Source: an uncultured bacterium
GTDB taxonomy: Bacteria; CAYUVA01
Direction of reading: 5' to 3'
Assembly: GCA_964448115.1 (NCBI GenBank)
Contig: CAYUVA010000018.1
Span: forward strand, 1-64,000
Length of the DNA: 64,000 nt
A program made the translations under genes and the position numbers. Under the pieces are notes generated by a model that did not search any database, had not been told where the DNA came from, and saw only the letters and a program-made list of their open reading frames with translations. Positions 9,467 through 20,060 of the stretch are shown piece after piece (positions within the stretch are counted from its first letter, which is position 1; the number at the start of each line of letters is the position of its first letter).

Positions 9467-9928
9467 CTAGTATTCAAGGGCGCCGGTTGGGCAAGCGAGC
9501 ACGCACCAGGGCTGATCGTTTCTACCTTGGCACAGGTCGCACTTGATTAGCAGACCTTTATCCTGATCAACCCACAATCCCTGTTGCGGGCATACATCGA
9601 TACAAAGCCCGCAAAGGCTGCACGACTGCATATCAAGGATCACCTTTGAGTTGTCATCATTCCTGAATAAAGCGCCATCGGGGCAAACATCGATACATGG
9701 CGCATCTTCACACTGAGTGCAAAGCACAGGGTACTCACTGCGTGCAAAGGGATCGCGATGGATCCTGATGGCTGCTTTTTCCGGGCTGCAAAAGCCAAAA
9801 AGGCTAAGGCTGCAATAGATGCTGCACAGCAGGCATCCGTTGCATAGCTCGGGGTTTACCTTGACGCCCATAACATAGGATGATAGTCCCGCCAGCGCTT
9901 TTTTACAAACCTTAATTGCACTGACCAT
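9467..9928 (-). CDS. 4Fe-4S dicluster (HydN/CooF/DmsB-like) electron-transfer protein
   Basis: Four Cys clusters (CNGCLLC...C, CTQC...C...CP, CSLCGLC...CP, KCDLC...C...CP); true start probably the ATG near 9871. Confidence 0.85.
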   Translation of the reverse strand: MVSAIKVCKKALAGLSSYVMGVKVNPELCNGCLLCSIYCSLSLFGFCSPEKAAIRIHRDPFARSEYPVLCTQCEDAPCIDVCPDGALFRNDDNSKVILDMQSCSLCGLCIDVCPQQGLWVDQDKGLLIKCDLCQGRNDQPWCVLACPTGALEY

Positions 9929-9968
9929 GGTTGATAAGAGCTAAGAACTCGATTATCATTGCCCTTAT

Positions 9969-10643
9969 ATGAAGGATCACACAACCGAGCTTAACCACCT
10001 TCTCGATGCGCTGAATGTTCCTATTCGGGGCATCGCTCTCACCGAGAGGGCAGCGGATTATATCTACCCTGAATTCAGGGAAAGATTCATCTTGCGATAT
10101 CCCTATGCAATTGTGATGGGATATCCGATATCCAGGGGTATCGTTGATGAGTGTGTTGATGGACCGACCATCATGTACAAGCACCACTATAAGACGGTGA
10201 ACTACCTGCTCGATCAGACAGCATATAAGGTATTTTACTTTATTCAGGAGCAAGGCTTCCATTCAGTGCCGGTCAGCTCCTCGCAGATAGTGAACTGGGA
10301 GGCACAATGGGGGCATCTGTCGCACAAGGTATTCGGCTACTACGCCGGGATCGGTTGGATTGGCAGATCCACCCTGCTCATTCATCCCAAGTATCATGCT
10401 CACGCTCGCTATGTAACCGTATTGACCGACCTTCCTTTAACTGTAAACGAACCTTATGACAGTTCAGACTGCGGGGATTGCACCGACTGCATCGATGCCT
10501 GCCCGGTCAAGGCGATTAATCAAAGCGCCCATGAATACGATAAGCAGCTCTGCATCGAGATGCTCAAGAAGTACCAGGGCAGGCGTGGCATTGGAGTCAT
10601 GATCTGTGGTATCTGCATAAGAGCTTGTAAAGGTAAACGATAA
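9969..10643 (+). CDS. Epoxyqueuosine reductase (QueG)/reductive-dehalogenase-like Fe-S protein
   Basis: SHK...AGIGWIGRSTLLIHP...VLTDLPL, CGDCTDCIDACP and C...CGICIRAC. Confidence 0.75.
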   Translation: MKDHTTELNHLLDALNVPIRGIALTERAADYIYPEFRERFILRYPYAIVMGYPISRGIVDECVDGPTIMYKHHYKTVNYLLDQTAYKVFYFIQEQGFHSVPVSSSQIVNWEAQWGHLSHKVFGYYAGIGWIGRSTLLIHPKYHAHARYVTVLTDLPLTVNEPYDSSDCGDCTDCIDACPVKAINQSAHEYDKQLCIEMLKKYQGRRGIGVMICGICIRACKGKR

Positions 10644-10648
10644 TAGGT

Positions 10649-11881
10649 ATGCATCTTGGAGAGAATCTCAAGATCGGCATAAAGGAGCTATTAAGCAATA
10701 AGCTGCGCTCCTTTCTTACCATGCTCGGTGTCATATTCGGCGTTGCTGCGGTCATAGCCATAGTATCCATCGGCGAGGGTGCCAGGGAGGAAGCGCTTCA
10801 GCAGATACGGCTGATGGGCGCCAACAATCTTTGCATCCAGGCGGTCGAGCTTTCCGGTGATAGCCTGGCAAATGCCAGGCAGAAAAATCCCCAAGGTCTG
10901 AATCTAAAGGATGTTGAACTGATAACTAATAACTGTAAATATGCGCTTAATATCGCCCCGTTGGTCAAGCTGAAACACCGCTTGATTTATAAGGGAAGGT
11001 TTCCCGCCGCCCAGGTGATCGCTACAACCGATAGCTATCCCAAGATATTGAATTTCAAGCTCGCCATGGGCAGATTCTTTAACCAGGACGACATAGACAA
11101 TAACAGCCGCGTCTGCGTTCTAGGAAGTGATGTTGCAAAAGAGCTATCACCTACCGCTAGCCTTCTCGGCGAGCAGGTGAGGATTCTAGATTATGCCTTT
11201 ACGGTCATTGGCATTATGGAGGACAAGGATATCTCAGGCTCACGCATCTTCTCCATCAGGGACCTCAATAAGGATGTTTATATACCCATTACTTCGGTAA
11301 TCAAGCGCTTCCCAGTGGAACCGGATAGACAACATCAACTCGATGAGATCCTGGTGAAACTAGGCAGCCAGCAAGATATACCCCCGGCTCTTAGCCTTGT
11401 AAAACGCATCCTTAACAGGGCACATAACAACATCAAGGACTTCGAGATCGTAATACCCCTTCAGCTTCTGCGCCAACAGCAACAAACACAACGAATCTTC
11501 AACATCGTGATGGGCTTCATAGCCGGCATATCGCTTTTGGTAGGCGGTATCGGTATCATGAACATAATGCTGACAACCGTGGTACAAAGAACCAGAGAGA
11601 TCGGCATCCGAAGGGCTATTGGTGCCACTAAAATAAATATCATGCAACAATTCCTCATCGAGTGCTTGATTATGGCCATACTAGGCGGAACTCTCGGCAT
11701 ATTTCTCGGGATCGAGCTGGCATATTTGATAAATCTCTATGCCAGGTGGAGGACCATAATCTCCATAAAGGCAATCCTGGTAGCGTTTATCGTAGCCGGG
11801 CTTACCGGCATCATCTTCGGGCTTTTTCCCGCTTACAAGGCTGCCGACCTGGACCCAATAGATGCCCTTAGATATGAATGA
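10649..11881 (+). CDS. MacB/FtsX-family ABC transporter permease
   Basis: RSFLTMLGVIFGVAAVI, periplasmic core, ISLLVGGIGIMNIML...RTREIGIRRAIGA, PAYKAADLDPIDALRYE. Confidence 0.93.
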   Translation: MHLGENLKIGIKELLSNKLRSFLTMLGVIFGVAAVIAIVSIGEGAREEALQQIRLMGANNLCIQAVELSGDSLANARQKNPQGLNLKDVELITNNCKYALNIAPLVKLKHRLIYKGRFPAAQVIATTDSYPKILNFKLAMGRFFNQDDIDNNSRVCVLGSDVAKELSPTASLLGEQVRILDYAFTVIGIMEDKDISGSRIFSIRDLNKDVYIPITSVIKRFPVEPDRQHQLDEILVKLGSQQDIPPALSLVKRILNRAHNNIKDFEIVIPLQLLRQQQQTQRIFNIVMGFIAGISLLVGGIGIMNIMLTTVVQRTREIGIRRAIGATKINIMQQFLIECLIMAILGGTLGIFLGIELAYLINLYARWRTIISIKAILVAFIVAGLTGIIFGLFPAYKAADLDPIDALRYE

Positions 11882-11899
11882 TATGCTGCATTCTTGATG

Positions 11900-12997
11900 C
11901 TACTCTGCCTGCTCATCATCTCCCCTATCTTCGTAATCCAGGATGCTAAGCGGCTTGAAGCCACCCTTGGAAGTAGGGATACCAAGGTGCTTGTATGCTT
12001 TTTGGGTCGCGGTTCTGCCCCGCTGGGTTCGATTGACAAAGCCAATCTTCAATAGATAAGGCTCTACTACATCGATAAGCGTATCCTCCTCCTCTTGCAG
12101 GGTGGCTGCCAGAGCATTTATCCCCACCGGTCCCCCGCCATATTGCTTGATTATGGTGTTGAGCACCGCTATATCGAGCTTATCCAGCCCCAACTTGTCG
12201 ATGCCGAGCATCTTTAGGGCTGCATCTGCTACCTTGCTGTCTATCTTGCCATCCCCCTTCACCAGCGCGTAATCGCTCACCCGGCGCAATATGCGATTGG
12301 CTATGCGTGGAGTTCCACGAGATCGATGGGCTATCTCCTTGCAGCCGTCGAGCGTTATCGGGTGTTGGAGGATCTTGGCGCTTCGAGACACGATACTGAC
12401 CAGGTCATCGATCTGATAAAAATCCAAGTGATGGAATATGCCGAAGCGCTCACGAAGCGGTGGAGTCAACAATCCGGCGCGCGTGGTAGCACCGATCAAG
12501 GTGAAGCGCTTGAGCTGGAACTTGATCGTCCTGGCATGGGGTCCCCTGTCTATGACGAAATCGACCACGAAATCTTCCATGGCGCTGTATAGGAATTCCT
12601 CGACAATGCGTGGCAGCCTATGTATCTCATCGATGAAGAAAATATGCCCCTCGCCGAGCTTGGTCAGAATGCCCATCAGGTCAGCCGGGCGCTCCAGGGT
12701 AGGTCCGCTAGCGCAGGTGATACTTGCTCCCATCTCATTAGCGATGATGTGTGCCAGGGTGGTCTTGCCGAGTCCGGGCGGACCGTGAAAGAGAATGTGA
12801 TCCAGTGGCTTACCCCGTTTTTTAGCAGCAGCGATCGAGATCTGAAGGTTCTCAACAACCCGTTTCTGCCCTATGTATTCATCGAGTTTCTTTGGACGGA
12901 GGCTGCTAAGATAGGTAACCTCCTCGCCAGATTCGCCTTTGGAGATAATGCTATCCTCGCGGATACGCTTTATCTTGTCTTTATTTTCTCTGGTCAT
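11900..12997 (-). CDS. ruvB: Holliday junction branch migration helicase RuvB
   Basis: [50 protein letters not shown]. Confidence 0.98.
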   Translation of the reverse strand: MTRENKDKIKRIREDSIISKGESGEEVTYLSSLRPKKLDEYIGQKRVVENLQISIAAAKKRGKPLDHILFHGPPGLGKTTLAHIIANEMGASITCASGPTLERPADLMGILTKLGEGHIFFIDEIHRLPRIVEEFLYSAMEDFVVDFVIDRGPHARTIKFQLKRFTLIGATTRAGLLTPPLRERFGIFHHLDFYQIDDLVSIVSRSAKILQHPITLDGCKEIAHRSRGTPRIANRILRRVSDYALVKGDGKIDSKVADAALKMLGIDKLGLDKLDIAVLNTIIKQYGGGPVGINALAATLQEEEDTLIDVVEPYLLKIGFVNRTQRGRTATQKAYKHLGIPTSKGGFKPLSILDYEDRGDDEQAE

Positions 12998-13611
12998 TAC
13001 AGCTTATAAAGCTCCTTCAGGAATTCCTCCACGCTACCTATCGATTTGCCGCTGGCGAGGATCTGGTTTACCAGGCCATGCGCTTCCCTGTCAGTATATC
13101 CAAGCTGTGCTAAAACCTGGATTATTTCCACTCTTAGCGAAGAGGTGCCCGGCGCAGCAAATGGCTCCGCAGCCTCCACGCTCTCCAGGCAGAACTCGCC
13201 CATTTTTCCTTGCAGTCGGGCGACTATATCCCGCGCCTTCTGCTTGCCGATGCCGGGCAGGGATTTTACCATGTCGATATCTCCGCGTTCTATTGCCTGC
13301 GCGATCTCGTGCACTGGCATGATCATAGCCTTGGCTGCCACTCGGGGACCAACCCCGCCGACCTTGACGAACTGCTCGAAGAAATCCCGTTCCCGCTCGC
13401 CCTTGAAGCCGATCAGCATCGGGTTTATTCTGCTTTTCTCCGCTGACACATATAAGATGGTATGCAGTATTACCTGATTGCCCAAAGATAGCCAATCTCC
13501 CTGTTCCACATAAATAGCGGGGATCAAGACTCCCAATCCTATACCGCCGACCTCTAGGATCACATAGTTTTGCCTAAGCGCGATCACCTTTCCATGGATC
13601 GTCTCGATCAC
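12997..13611 (-). CDS. ruvA: Holliday junction DNA-binding protein RuvA
   Basis: EVGGIG, GF...ERDFF...[18 protein letters not shown] HhH motifs, LAQLGY; lies between ruvC and ruvB. Confidence 0.95.
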   Translation of the reverse strand: MIETIHGKVIALRQNYVILEVGGIGLGVLIPAIYVEQGDWLSLGNQVILHTILYVSAEKSRINPMLIGFKGERERDFFEQFVKVGGVGPRVAAKAMIMPVHEIAQAIERGDIDMVKSLPGIGKQKARDIVARLQGKMGEFCLESVEAAEPFAAPGTSSLRVEIIQVLAQLGYTDREAHGLVNQILASGKSIGSVEEFLKELYKL

Positions 13612-14105
13612 GGTGCGATGTTCTCCAGGTGCATGAGGTGTGCGATGGCGAGCGCCAGGGCATCGCTGACATCGTAGTGCTTTATTCTACCCTGAATGCC
13701 CAGCATATCCTGCACCATGCCGCGTACCTGTTCCTTGGAGGCGCTCCCCTTGCCGGTGATCATCTTTTTTACCATTGCTGGTCGGTAATTTACCACCTCG
13801 ATCTTTTTTATAAATGCCGAGGCATATATGACTCCCCTGGCATGAGCCATCAATATTGCGGTTTGAGGGTGTCGATAGTGGCTGTAAAGCTCCTCGAGTG
13901 CCATATAATCTGGCTTAAACTCTTCGAGCAGCTCCATGGTCCCCTCCATGATATTTGCCAGCCTTACTCCCAACGGTCTCTGTGGCGAATTCTTCAGTAT
14001 TCCGCCCTCGATATATCTATAGCTGCCCGGAGCAATTGCTGCCACTAGTCCATAGCCGGTACTATTCAAGCTGGGATCGATGCCGAGCACCAGGGCATTT
14101 TTCAA
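13608..14105 (-). CDS. ruvC: Crossover junction endodeoxyribonuclease RuvC
   Basis: [41 protein letters not shown]. Confidence 0.96.
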   Translation of the reverse strand: MKNALVLGIDPSLNSTGYGLVAAIAPGSYRYIEGGILKNSPQRPLGVRLANIMEGTMELLEEFKPDYMALEELYSHYRHPQTAILMAHARGVIYASAFIKKIEVVNYRPAMVKKMITGKGSASKEQVRGMVQDMLGIQGRIKHYDVSDALALAIAHLMHLENIAP

Positions 14106-14851
14106 TTGGTCGCCTCTTCAAGCTGCTCTTCAGGGATATCGAAGTTAGAATAAACCCTGTTCACATCCTCGTGATCTTCCAGGGCTTCCATGAGCTTTAT
14201 CACCTGCTCCGCCTTCTTTCCCTCTACCCTGACCGTGTTGTTGGGGATCATGGTTATCTCCGAAGAGCTTATCAAGAATCCTGCTTTCTCTATTGATTCC
14301 TTTACATCAACGAAATCTTCGGGTGCCGTGTAGATCTCGAAGACATCGCCCTCAGTTGTCATATCCTCGGCGCCAGCTTCCAGCACCACCTCAAGCAGCG
14401 CTTCCTCATCGACTCCCTGTGCATCGACGGTGATATATCCTTTTTTCTCGAACATCCAGGCAACGCAGCCGTTCTCTCCCAGGTTGCCGCCGTTCTTGGA
14501 TAGGATATGGCGCAGCTCGGAAACGGTGCGGTTCTTGTTGTCGGTGAGAACCTCCACCATCAGGGCTGTGCCCCCGGGACCGTAACCCTCGTAGATAGCT
14601 TCCTCGTAGGAGACCCCGGGCAGCTCGCCGGTGCCTTTTTTTATTGCTCGCTCGATATTATCAGCCGGCATGTTCACCGATTTGGCCTCGGCAAGTATGG
14701 TTCGCAGCCTGGGATTACCATCGGGATCACCACCGCCTATACGGGCTGCAACCGTAATCTCTTTTATCAACTTGGAAAAGATCTTGCCCCTCTTCGCGTC
14801 CTCCTTGGCTTTTTTATGCCTTATGCTATGCCATTTAGAGTGTCCGGACAT
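14102..14851 (-). CDS. yebC: YebC/PmpR family protein
   Basis: [41 protein letters not shown]. Confidence 0.97.
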   Translation of the reverse strand: MSGHSKWHSIRHKKAKEDAKRGKIFSKLIKEITVAARIGGGDPDGNPRLRTILAEAKSVNMPADNIERAIKKGTGELPGVSYEEAIYEGYGPGGTALMVEVLTDNKNRTVSELRHILSKNGGNLGENGCVAWMFEKKGYITVDAQGVDEEALLEVVLEAGAEDMTTEGDVFEIYTAPEDFVDVKESIEKAGFLISSSEITMIPNNTVRVEGKKAEQVIKLMEALEDHEDVNRVYSNFDIPEEQLEEATN

Positions 14852-15106
14852 AGTGTTTTTCCCCCCCTTTGATGGCGAGTTATCTTAAAGTGATATCGTA
14901 AGCTAGCTTGTTAAGATATCCTTTTCCCATTATACAGATTTTATATACAACTTATGTGAAAACTTCAAGATGCATGACTTGAAGCATCGTTGAAAAAGAA
15001 TCCAACAGGGTGTAAAGTCGCTTACGATGTCAAGCTCGGTTAACTTGATAAGCAAGTTGCGTTCGTAAAAAAAAACATAATTGCCTTATTTGGTCAACGG
15101 GAGGTC

Positions 15107-16936
15107 TTGATCATGTCAAATGAAAAAGGAGTCAAGTGGAGCCTGGATAGCTATTTCCCCAGCTTTGGTGGAGCTGAGATGATCAAATTCAAGGATGATC
15201 TTGTGAAAGATATCTCTGACTTGGGCCAAAGATCAGCAACTTTAGATACGCTAAGCAGCGAGAACATTGAAGATTGGCTTGGGATCATCCTGAAAATCGA
15301 GGACCTCATCGTCCGCCTGACCCATATCGGCTCATACATCAATTGTCTTAGCGCATCCGATGCCAACAACGAGGATTATCTCAAGGAGAGCGCTGCCCTA
15401 AGGATGCTCTACGCCCAGTATGGCAAGGTTCACACTGACCTGCTACATGCACTAAAAGCAGCATCTCAGCAGGACTTTGATAAACTGTGCCAGATGGAGC
15501 CGTTAAAGGGTGCTGAGTACTTTCTGAAAAGAACCAGGAAGATCTCGCGCTTTACCATGAGCAGGGAGCTTGAGCACCTGGTCGATGACCTTGAGGTCGA
15601 TGGATTCCACTCCTGGGGAAGGCTGTATAATACCGTCTCAGGAAAGCTGAAGTTCGAGATGGTATATCCGGATGGCAAGAAGGAGATACTACCCATCTCT
15701 CAGCAGCGAGCTCTTCTTACCGATGTGGATCGCCGAATAGGCAAGGCAGCCTTCGAGGGGGGTAACAAGGCATGGCAGTCGGTAGAGCATATCTGCGCTG
15801 CTGCCTTGAATCATATCAGCGGAATGCGCCTCACCTTAAACGAGCGCAGGGGTGTGAAACACTTCTTAGATCCAGCGCTTCTTGCTGCTGCCATAGAAAA
15901 AGAGACCCTCGATGCGATGTATGAAGCCATACATGACAATATCGAGATTCCTCGCCAGATCTTTGCCACCAAGGCGAAAGCGATGAATCGCGATAGCATC
16001 GCCTGGTTCGAGCTGAATTCGCCGTTGCCTATCTCGGATAGCACCCGATTCTCTTGGGATGAAGGAGTAGAGATCGTCAAGAATGCCTTTACTGAGGCTT
16101 ATCCTGCACTGGGCGAGTTTTTCGGTGATATCTATAACAAGCGCTGGATAGAGTCCGAGGTTCGAGATGGCAAACGACCGGGCGCATTTTGCACCGGCAG
16201 CTATCTTACTAGGGAACAGCGAATATTCATGACCTTCAACGGCTCCCTGGGCGAGATCAACATCCTGGCTCACGAAAGCGGGCACGCCTGGCATAGCCAC
16301 TTGCTCGGCGAGTTGAGACCATTATCCCGCTCATACCCGATGACTTTAGCTGAGACCGCCTCCACCTTTGCTGAACTCATCCTGAGCAAGGGATTCTCCG
16401 AGTCATCTCACTTTGCTGCGGATCAAAAAGCTCTAATGCTCGATCTTAGGCTGAGCCATGCTGCGACCCTGCTGCTCGATATCACCGTTCGCTTCGAGTT
16501 CGAGAAAACACTCTACGAGGAGAGAAAACAGGGGCTGGTCAGCGTCTCTCGGCTCAAGGAGCTGATGTTACAAACGCAGCGCAAGGTCTTCGGCGATGTG
16601 CTGGAAAAGGGCGGCGAAGACCCCTATTTCTGGGCATCCAAGCTGCACTTTTACATCACTGATGTCTCATTTTACAACTTTCCATATACATTCGGCTTTC
16701 TACTCTCTCAGGGGCTTTTTGCTATCTTCCTGGATGAGGGAGCTGATTTTCTTCCCAAGTATGAGTCATTCTTGAAATATTCAGGCAGCGATACCGCGGA
16801 GAATGTCGCTCGCAAGAGGCTCGGCATCGACCTCTCCAAGCCCGATTTCTGGGAGCGCTCCATACTGAACCTCAAGCAGCCACTTAAGCAATTCCAGCAA
16901 GTGCTCAAGAACACTGAACTTCGGGAAATAGGCTAA
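15107..16936 (+). CDS. pepF: Oligoendopeptidase F (M3B metallopeptidase)
   Basis: GKRPGAFC, AHESGHAWH (HExxH), AETASTFAE, FYNFPYTFG. Confidence 0.92.
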   Translation: MIMSNEKGVKWSLDSYFPSFGGAEMIKFKDDLVKDISDLGQRSATLDTLSSENIEDWLGIILKIEDLIVRLTHIGSYINCLSASDANNEDYLKESAALRMLYAQYGKVHTDLLHALKAASQQDFDKLCQMEPLKGAEYFLKRTRKISRFTMSRELEHLVDDLEVDGFHSWGRLYNTVSGKLKFEMVYPDGKKEILPISQQRALLTDVDRRIGKAAFEGGNKAWQSVEHICAAALNHISGMRLTLNERRGVKHFLDPALLAAAIEKETLDAMYEAIHDNIEIPRQIFATKAKAMNRDSIAWFELNSPLPISDSTRFSWDEGVEIVKNAFTEAYPALGEFFGDIYNKRWIESEVRDGKRPGAFCTGSYLTREQRIFMTFNGSLGEINILAHESGHAWHSHLLGELRPLSRSYPMTLAETASTFAELILSKGFSESSHFAADQKALMLDLRLSHAATLLLDITVRFEFEKTLYEERKQGLVSVSRLKELMLQTQRKVFGDVLEKGGEDPYFWASKLHFYITDVSFYNFPYTFGFLLSQGLFAIFLDEGADFLPKYESFLKYSGSDTAENVARKRLGIDLSKPDFWERSILNLKQPLKQFQQVLKNTELREIG

Positions 16937-16938
16937 GC

Positions 16939-17193
16939 ATGCCGGTTTATTCGAGCGCGATTATGAGCGATCCCGAATCCAAGGCTGCCAGCGCCCAGGT
17001 TAGAAGGATCAATATCATCGGGCTGGCAGCCAATATAATCCTGGCATTGTTCAGGTTTGCTGGAGGCATGCTGGGAGCCAGCCAGGCAGTAGTCGCCGAT
17101 GCTGTGCACACTCTTACTGACTCACTTACAGATATTGCATTGTTAGTTACCGATGTTATTGTACCCCTGGAGCCGCAAGAGAAGAATCGTTAA
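16939..17193 (+). pseudogene. Internally deleted cation diffusion facilitator (FieF-like)
   Basis: CDF N-terminus (GGMLGASQAVVADAVHTLTDSLTD) joined directly to a CDF-like C-terminal strand (DVIVPLEP, cf. DVxVHxEP); 84 aa vs about 300 aa. Confidence 0.72.
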
Positions 17194-17221
17194 AAACAGC
17201 ATAAAAACAAGGAGCTGAATT

Positions 17222-17599
17222 ATGGCTACATTGACCGAAGATGCTATCGATATAAAAAGCGCTTATGAGCATATCAAGATGGATGGCGCAGGATCCGTGG
17301 TGGTTCACCTGGGCATCGTGAAGCCGAGCATAGGGGGCGAATCGACCCAGGGGATTCGTTTCGCAGCCATCGGCGACCTCAAGGGAGAGCTTGATGGCAT
17401 TGAAAGCGAGCTAATGGAAAAATACGGGCTGATCGATATCACCATCTATCGCCGTATAGGGGAGCTTGCGGTGGGAGATTGCATACTTGCTGTACTGGTC
17501 AGCTCTCCGGGGAGGATAGATGCCTTCAACGCCTGCATGGAGGCTGTAGAGCGGTTGAAGAAGCTGAAGAATATCGAGAAAGAGGAGCTATATACCTGA
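17222..17599 (+). CDS. MoaE-like molybdopterin synthase large subunit family protein
   Basis: AGSVVVHLGIVK, RRIGELAVGD, SSPGRIDAFNAC...LK...I.KEE. Confidence 0.75.
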   Translation: MATLTEDAIDIKSAYEHIKMDGAGSVVVHLGIVKPSIGGESTQGIRFAAIGDLKGELDGIESELMEKYGLIDITIYRRIGELAVGDCILAVLVSSPGRIDAFNACMEAVERLKKLKNIEKEELYT

Positions 17600-17737
17600 T
17601 TTTAGTAAAGATCCTCTGAAACACCCATACGATGTAACTACTGGAGCCACCTCTTTTGTAATTTGTAGTTGAAATTTTGTTCTTTGTATAATATTAATTA
17701 TATAAAGGGGTTGCGATAACAGAACCAGTTTTTTCTT

Positions 17738-19585
17738 ATGGCAAGCGAACATCTCGAATCCTTGATGGGACCGCTGGACTCAACCAGCGGATTGGAAATA
17801 ATCAGCTCGCTGTATAGATCTGGCTTCACCGGTTCCTTGTCGGTTAATACCAGCAAGATAAACGACACGATCTTCTTAAGAGCTGGCAATATCATCTATG
17901 CCACTTCAGACTCCCCCGATTATGAGATCCTTTATATACTTCTCGATAACGGCGTGATATCCGAAAGCCAGTACAAGCAGATCTACGAGCTTCAAAAGAA
18001 AGAAGGGCTACCGGCTGAGATGCTTCTGGCAGCGAAGAAAATAGTCTCCGTAAAGGATTTGCTTCCCTGGATCGAGAATAAAATTAGACGAATCTGCCTT
18101 AGTACATTTTCTGTAACCTCCGGTTTTTACTTGCTCCTGTTCAATGTTCATCCAGCCAAGGGGTCGCTCTGTTATACGATGGACACACCGACCTTGATCA
18201 TGGAGGCGGTGCACAAGTTCAAGAAAAGAGAGGATCTCAGAGCATGGTTGGGCGATGTTACCGCGGTGCCCAAGGTCACTAAAAAGTTCAGCCTAGGCTC
18301 CAGCCAGGCTTTTATGAAGCTGAGCGCTTACGATGGATTCGTCATCTCCAGGGTGGATGGTTATTCCAATCTAAGACAGATCATTTCCATGTTGGGCAGC
18401 CAAAAGACAGAGCCGTACCAGACCTTGTATGGAGCTATATTAGCCGGGATGCTGGAAGTGGATCAGGAAGCCCTTGAGTCGATGCCGCTGCATTTCGATC
18501 TTGAGACCGAGAAGCAGACTAGCCTTAAGAAGATGACCAAGGAGAACATGGAGAAAGAGAATTTCAATATCTCCTGGGATGAACTGAGCGAGGATGCGGG
18601 GGTTACCTTCGTTGTCGGCGGTGAGGAATTAACCCCGGAGGAGCTATTCAAGGGTATTTCAGACCACTATGAGGATCTCTCAAAGGGCAAAGATGAGAAG
18701 AAAAAAGACCAAGAACAGTACTTTTCAATTGAGACATTGGAGCAAAGATATGCCGAATGGCTTCGATACCAGGCGCAGAAGGAAAAGATGACTAAAATGG
18801 GCAAGACAATAACCGCCAAAGAAAGGGTACATCTTGTCCAATCGACCGAGGAAGATAAAGAAAAACAAGATCAGAAGACGATCTATACCGAACGAGCAAA
18901 ACCTGAAATAATGAAGACATACCAGCGCCTGGCAAACCAGAACTACTACGAGATGCTCGGAATTTCGATTGATGCTAGCCATGAGGAGATAAAACAGGCA
19001 TACTTCGAGAAGATAAGCATATATGACCCGGAGAACTTTTCCTTAAAAGCCCTGGGGAATCTTGTTGTCCAACTAAATGCCATAAGAGAGAAGCTCGCCG
19101 AGGCTTACCAGGTTCTCTCCGATGTCCAGCAAAAAAGGCAGTATGATGAAAAGATCCAAGAACAGCTTGACAAGGCGAGACTTGCTGCTCAGAAGAAAAA
19201 AGAGATTGCCAAGAGGAATTTCGAGGACGGCATCGCATCATACAAGGCTAAGGATATCATCCGCGCCGCCGACCTGTTTCGTACCGCCATTAGCCTTAAT
19301 CCAGAAGAATCGGAATACTACTACAACCTTGCCGCATCGCTGGCTACCAACCAGCAATGGCTGCGAGAGGCGCTGCGCAATATAAGAAAAGCGATCAAGC
19401 TCGATCCCCAGCAACCGAAGTACTATGTGGCAATGGGTGCAATAAGCGCCCGCGGAGGCATGTTCGCCTCGGCGGTGAGGGCTTATCGAAACGCAATCAA
19501 GCTCGACCCGCAGAACAAGACACTGCGCAAGCAGTTCGAAAAAATTGTGGTTCTAAGCTCATCCCAGAGCCTCACCAATGCCTGA
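17738..19585 (+). CDS. DUF4388 + DnaJ-like + TPR repeat protein
   Basis: N-terminal FTGSLSV...IFLRAGNIIYATS; NYYEMLGISIDASHEEIKQAY...EAYQVLSD...RQYD J-like domain; C-terminal TPRs (AIKLDP). Confidence 0.82.
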   Translation: MASEHLESLMGPLDSTSGLEIISSLYRSGFTGSLSVNTSKINDTIFLRAGNIIYATSDSPDYEILYILLDNGVISESQYKQIYELQKKEGLPAEMLLAAKKIVSVKDLLPWIENKIRRICLSTFSVTSGFYLLLFNVHPAKGSLCYTMDTPTLIMEAVHKFKKREDLRAWLGDVTAVPKVTKKFSLGSSQAFMKLSAYDGFVISRVDGYSNLRQIISMLGSQKTEPYQTLYGAILAGMLEVDQEALESMPLHFDLETEKQTSLKKMTKENMEKENFNISWDELSEDAGVTFVVGGEELTPEELFKGISDHYEDLSKGKDEKKKDQEQYFSIETLEQRYAEWLRYQAQKEKMTKMGKTITAKERVHLVQSTEEDKEKQDQKTIYTERAKPEIMKTYQRLANQNYYEMLGISIDASHEEIKQAYFEKISIYDPENFSLKALGNLVVQLNAIREKLAEAYQVLSDVQQKRQYDEKIQEQLDKARLAAQKKKEIAKRNFEDGIASYKAKDIIRAADLFRTAISLNPEESEYYYNLAASLATNQQWLREALRNIRKAIKLDPQQPKYYVAMGAISARGGMFASAVRAYRNAIKLDPQNKTLRKQFEKIVVLSSSQSLTNA

Positions 19586-19651
19586 TTACAAGACTTGAGA
19601 TAATAAAGAATTATCATGGCAGCCCATGGTATCGGGTGCAATGCAGAGCGG

Positions 19652-19680
19652 TTGAACCAATAAGGCACAAAGACACAAAG
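19652..19680 (+). repeat. AACCAC/CACAAAG-type dispersed repeat (family B)
   Basis: TTGAACCAATAAGGCACAAAGACACAAAG; related copies at 6125-6143(-), 23695-23710(+), 29407-29424(+), 34868-34896(-), 36275-36358(-). Confidence 0.65.
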
Positions 19681-19756
19681 AGGAAAGTGATAAAGTGATA
19701 GGGTGATAGAGGAGAGAAAAGAGCCTCACACCAGACCTTTCCGTGTACCCCCCTAG

Positions 19757-19938
19757 GTCATTCCCCAGGCAACCGACCCCCACCACAAGTCATTCCGACC
19801 GAGCTTGTCCCGATTTATTCGGAACAAGCGAGTGGAGGAATCTACCTAAAACCAATGCCTTAAATAGATCCCTCGACTCGCTCGCTCACGCTCACGGCTT
19901 GGGAGCAGAGTGTCCTTCCCGCGAAGGCGGAAATCTAG
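19757..19938. repeat. Cluster of GTCATTCC-type REP-like palindromes (family A)
   Basis: GTCATTCCCC at 19757; GTCATTCCGACCGAGC...GAGGAATCT at 19789-19843 with internal hairpin; AGATCCCTCGACTCGCTCG at 19866; GTCCTTCCCGCGAAGGCGGAAATCTAG at 19912-19938. Confidence 0.72.
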
Positions 19939-20060
19939 TATTTCTTACACAAAGTGAACAGCATTAGTCTTAAGCCTAAAGCCCAAATAATTGGACAAAT
20001 TGATCCATTCGTGAGATACTAGTCTGGTTTATTTTGTGAAGATTAACCTCAAACAGGAGA

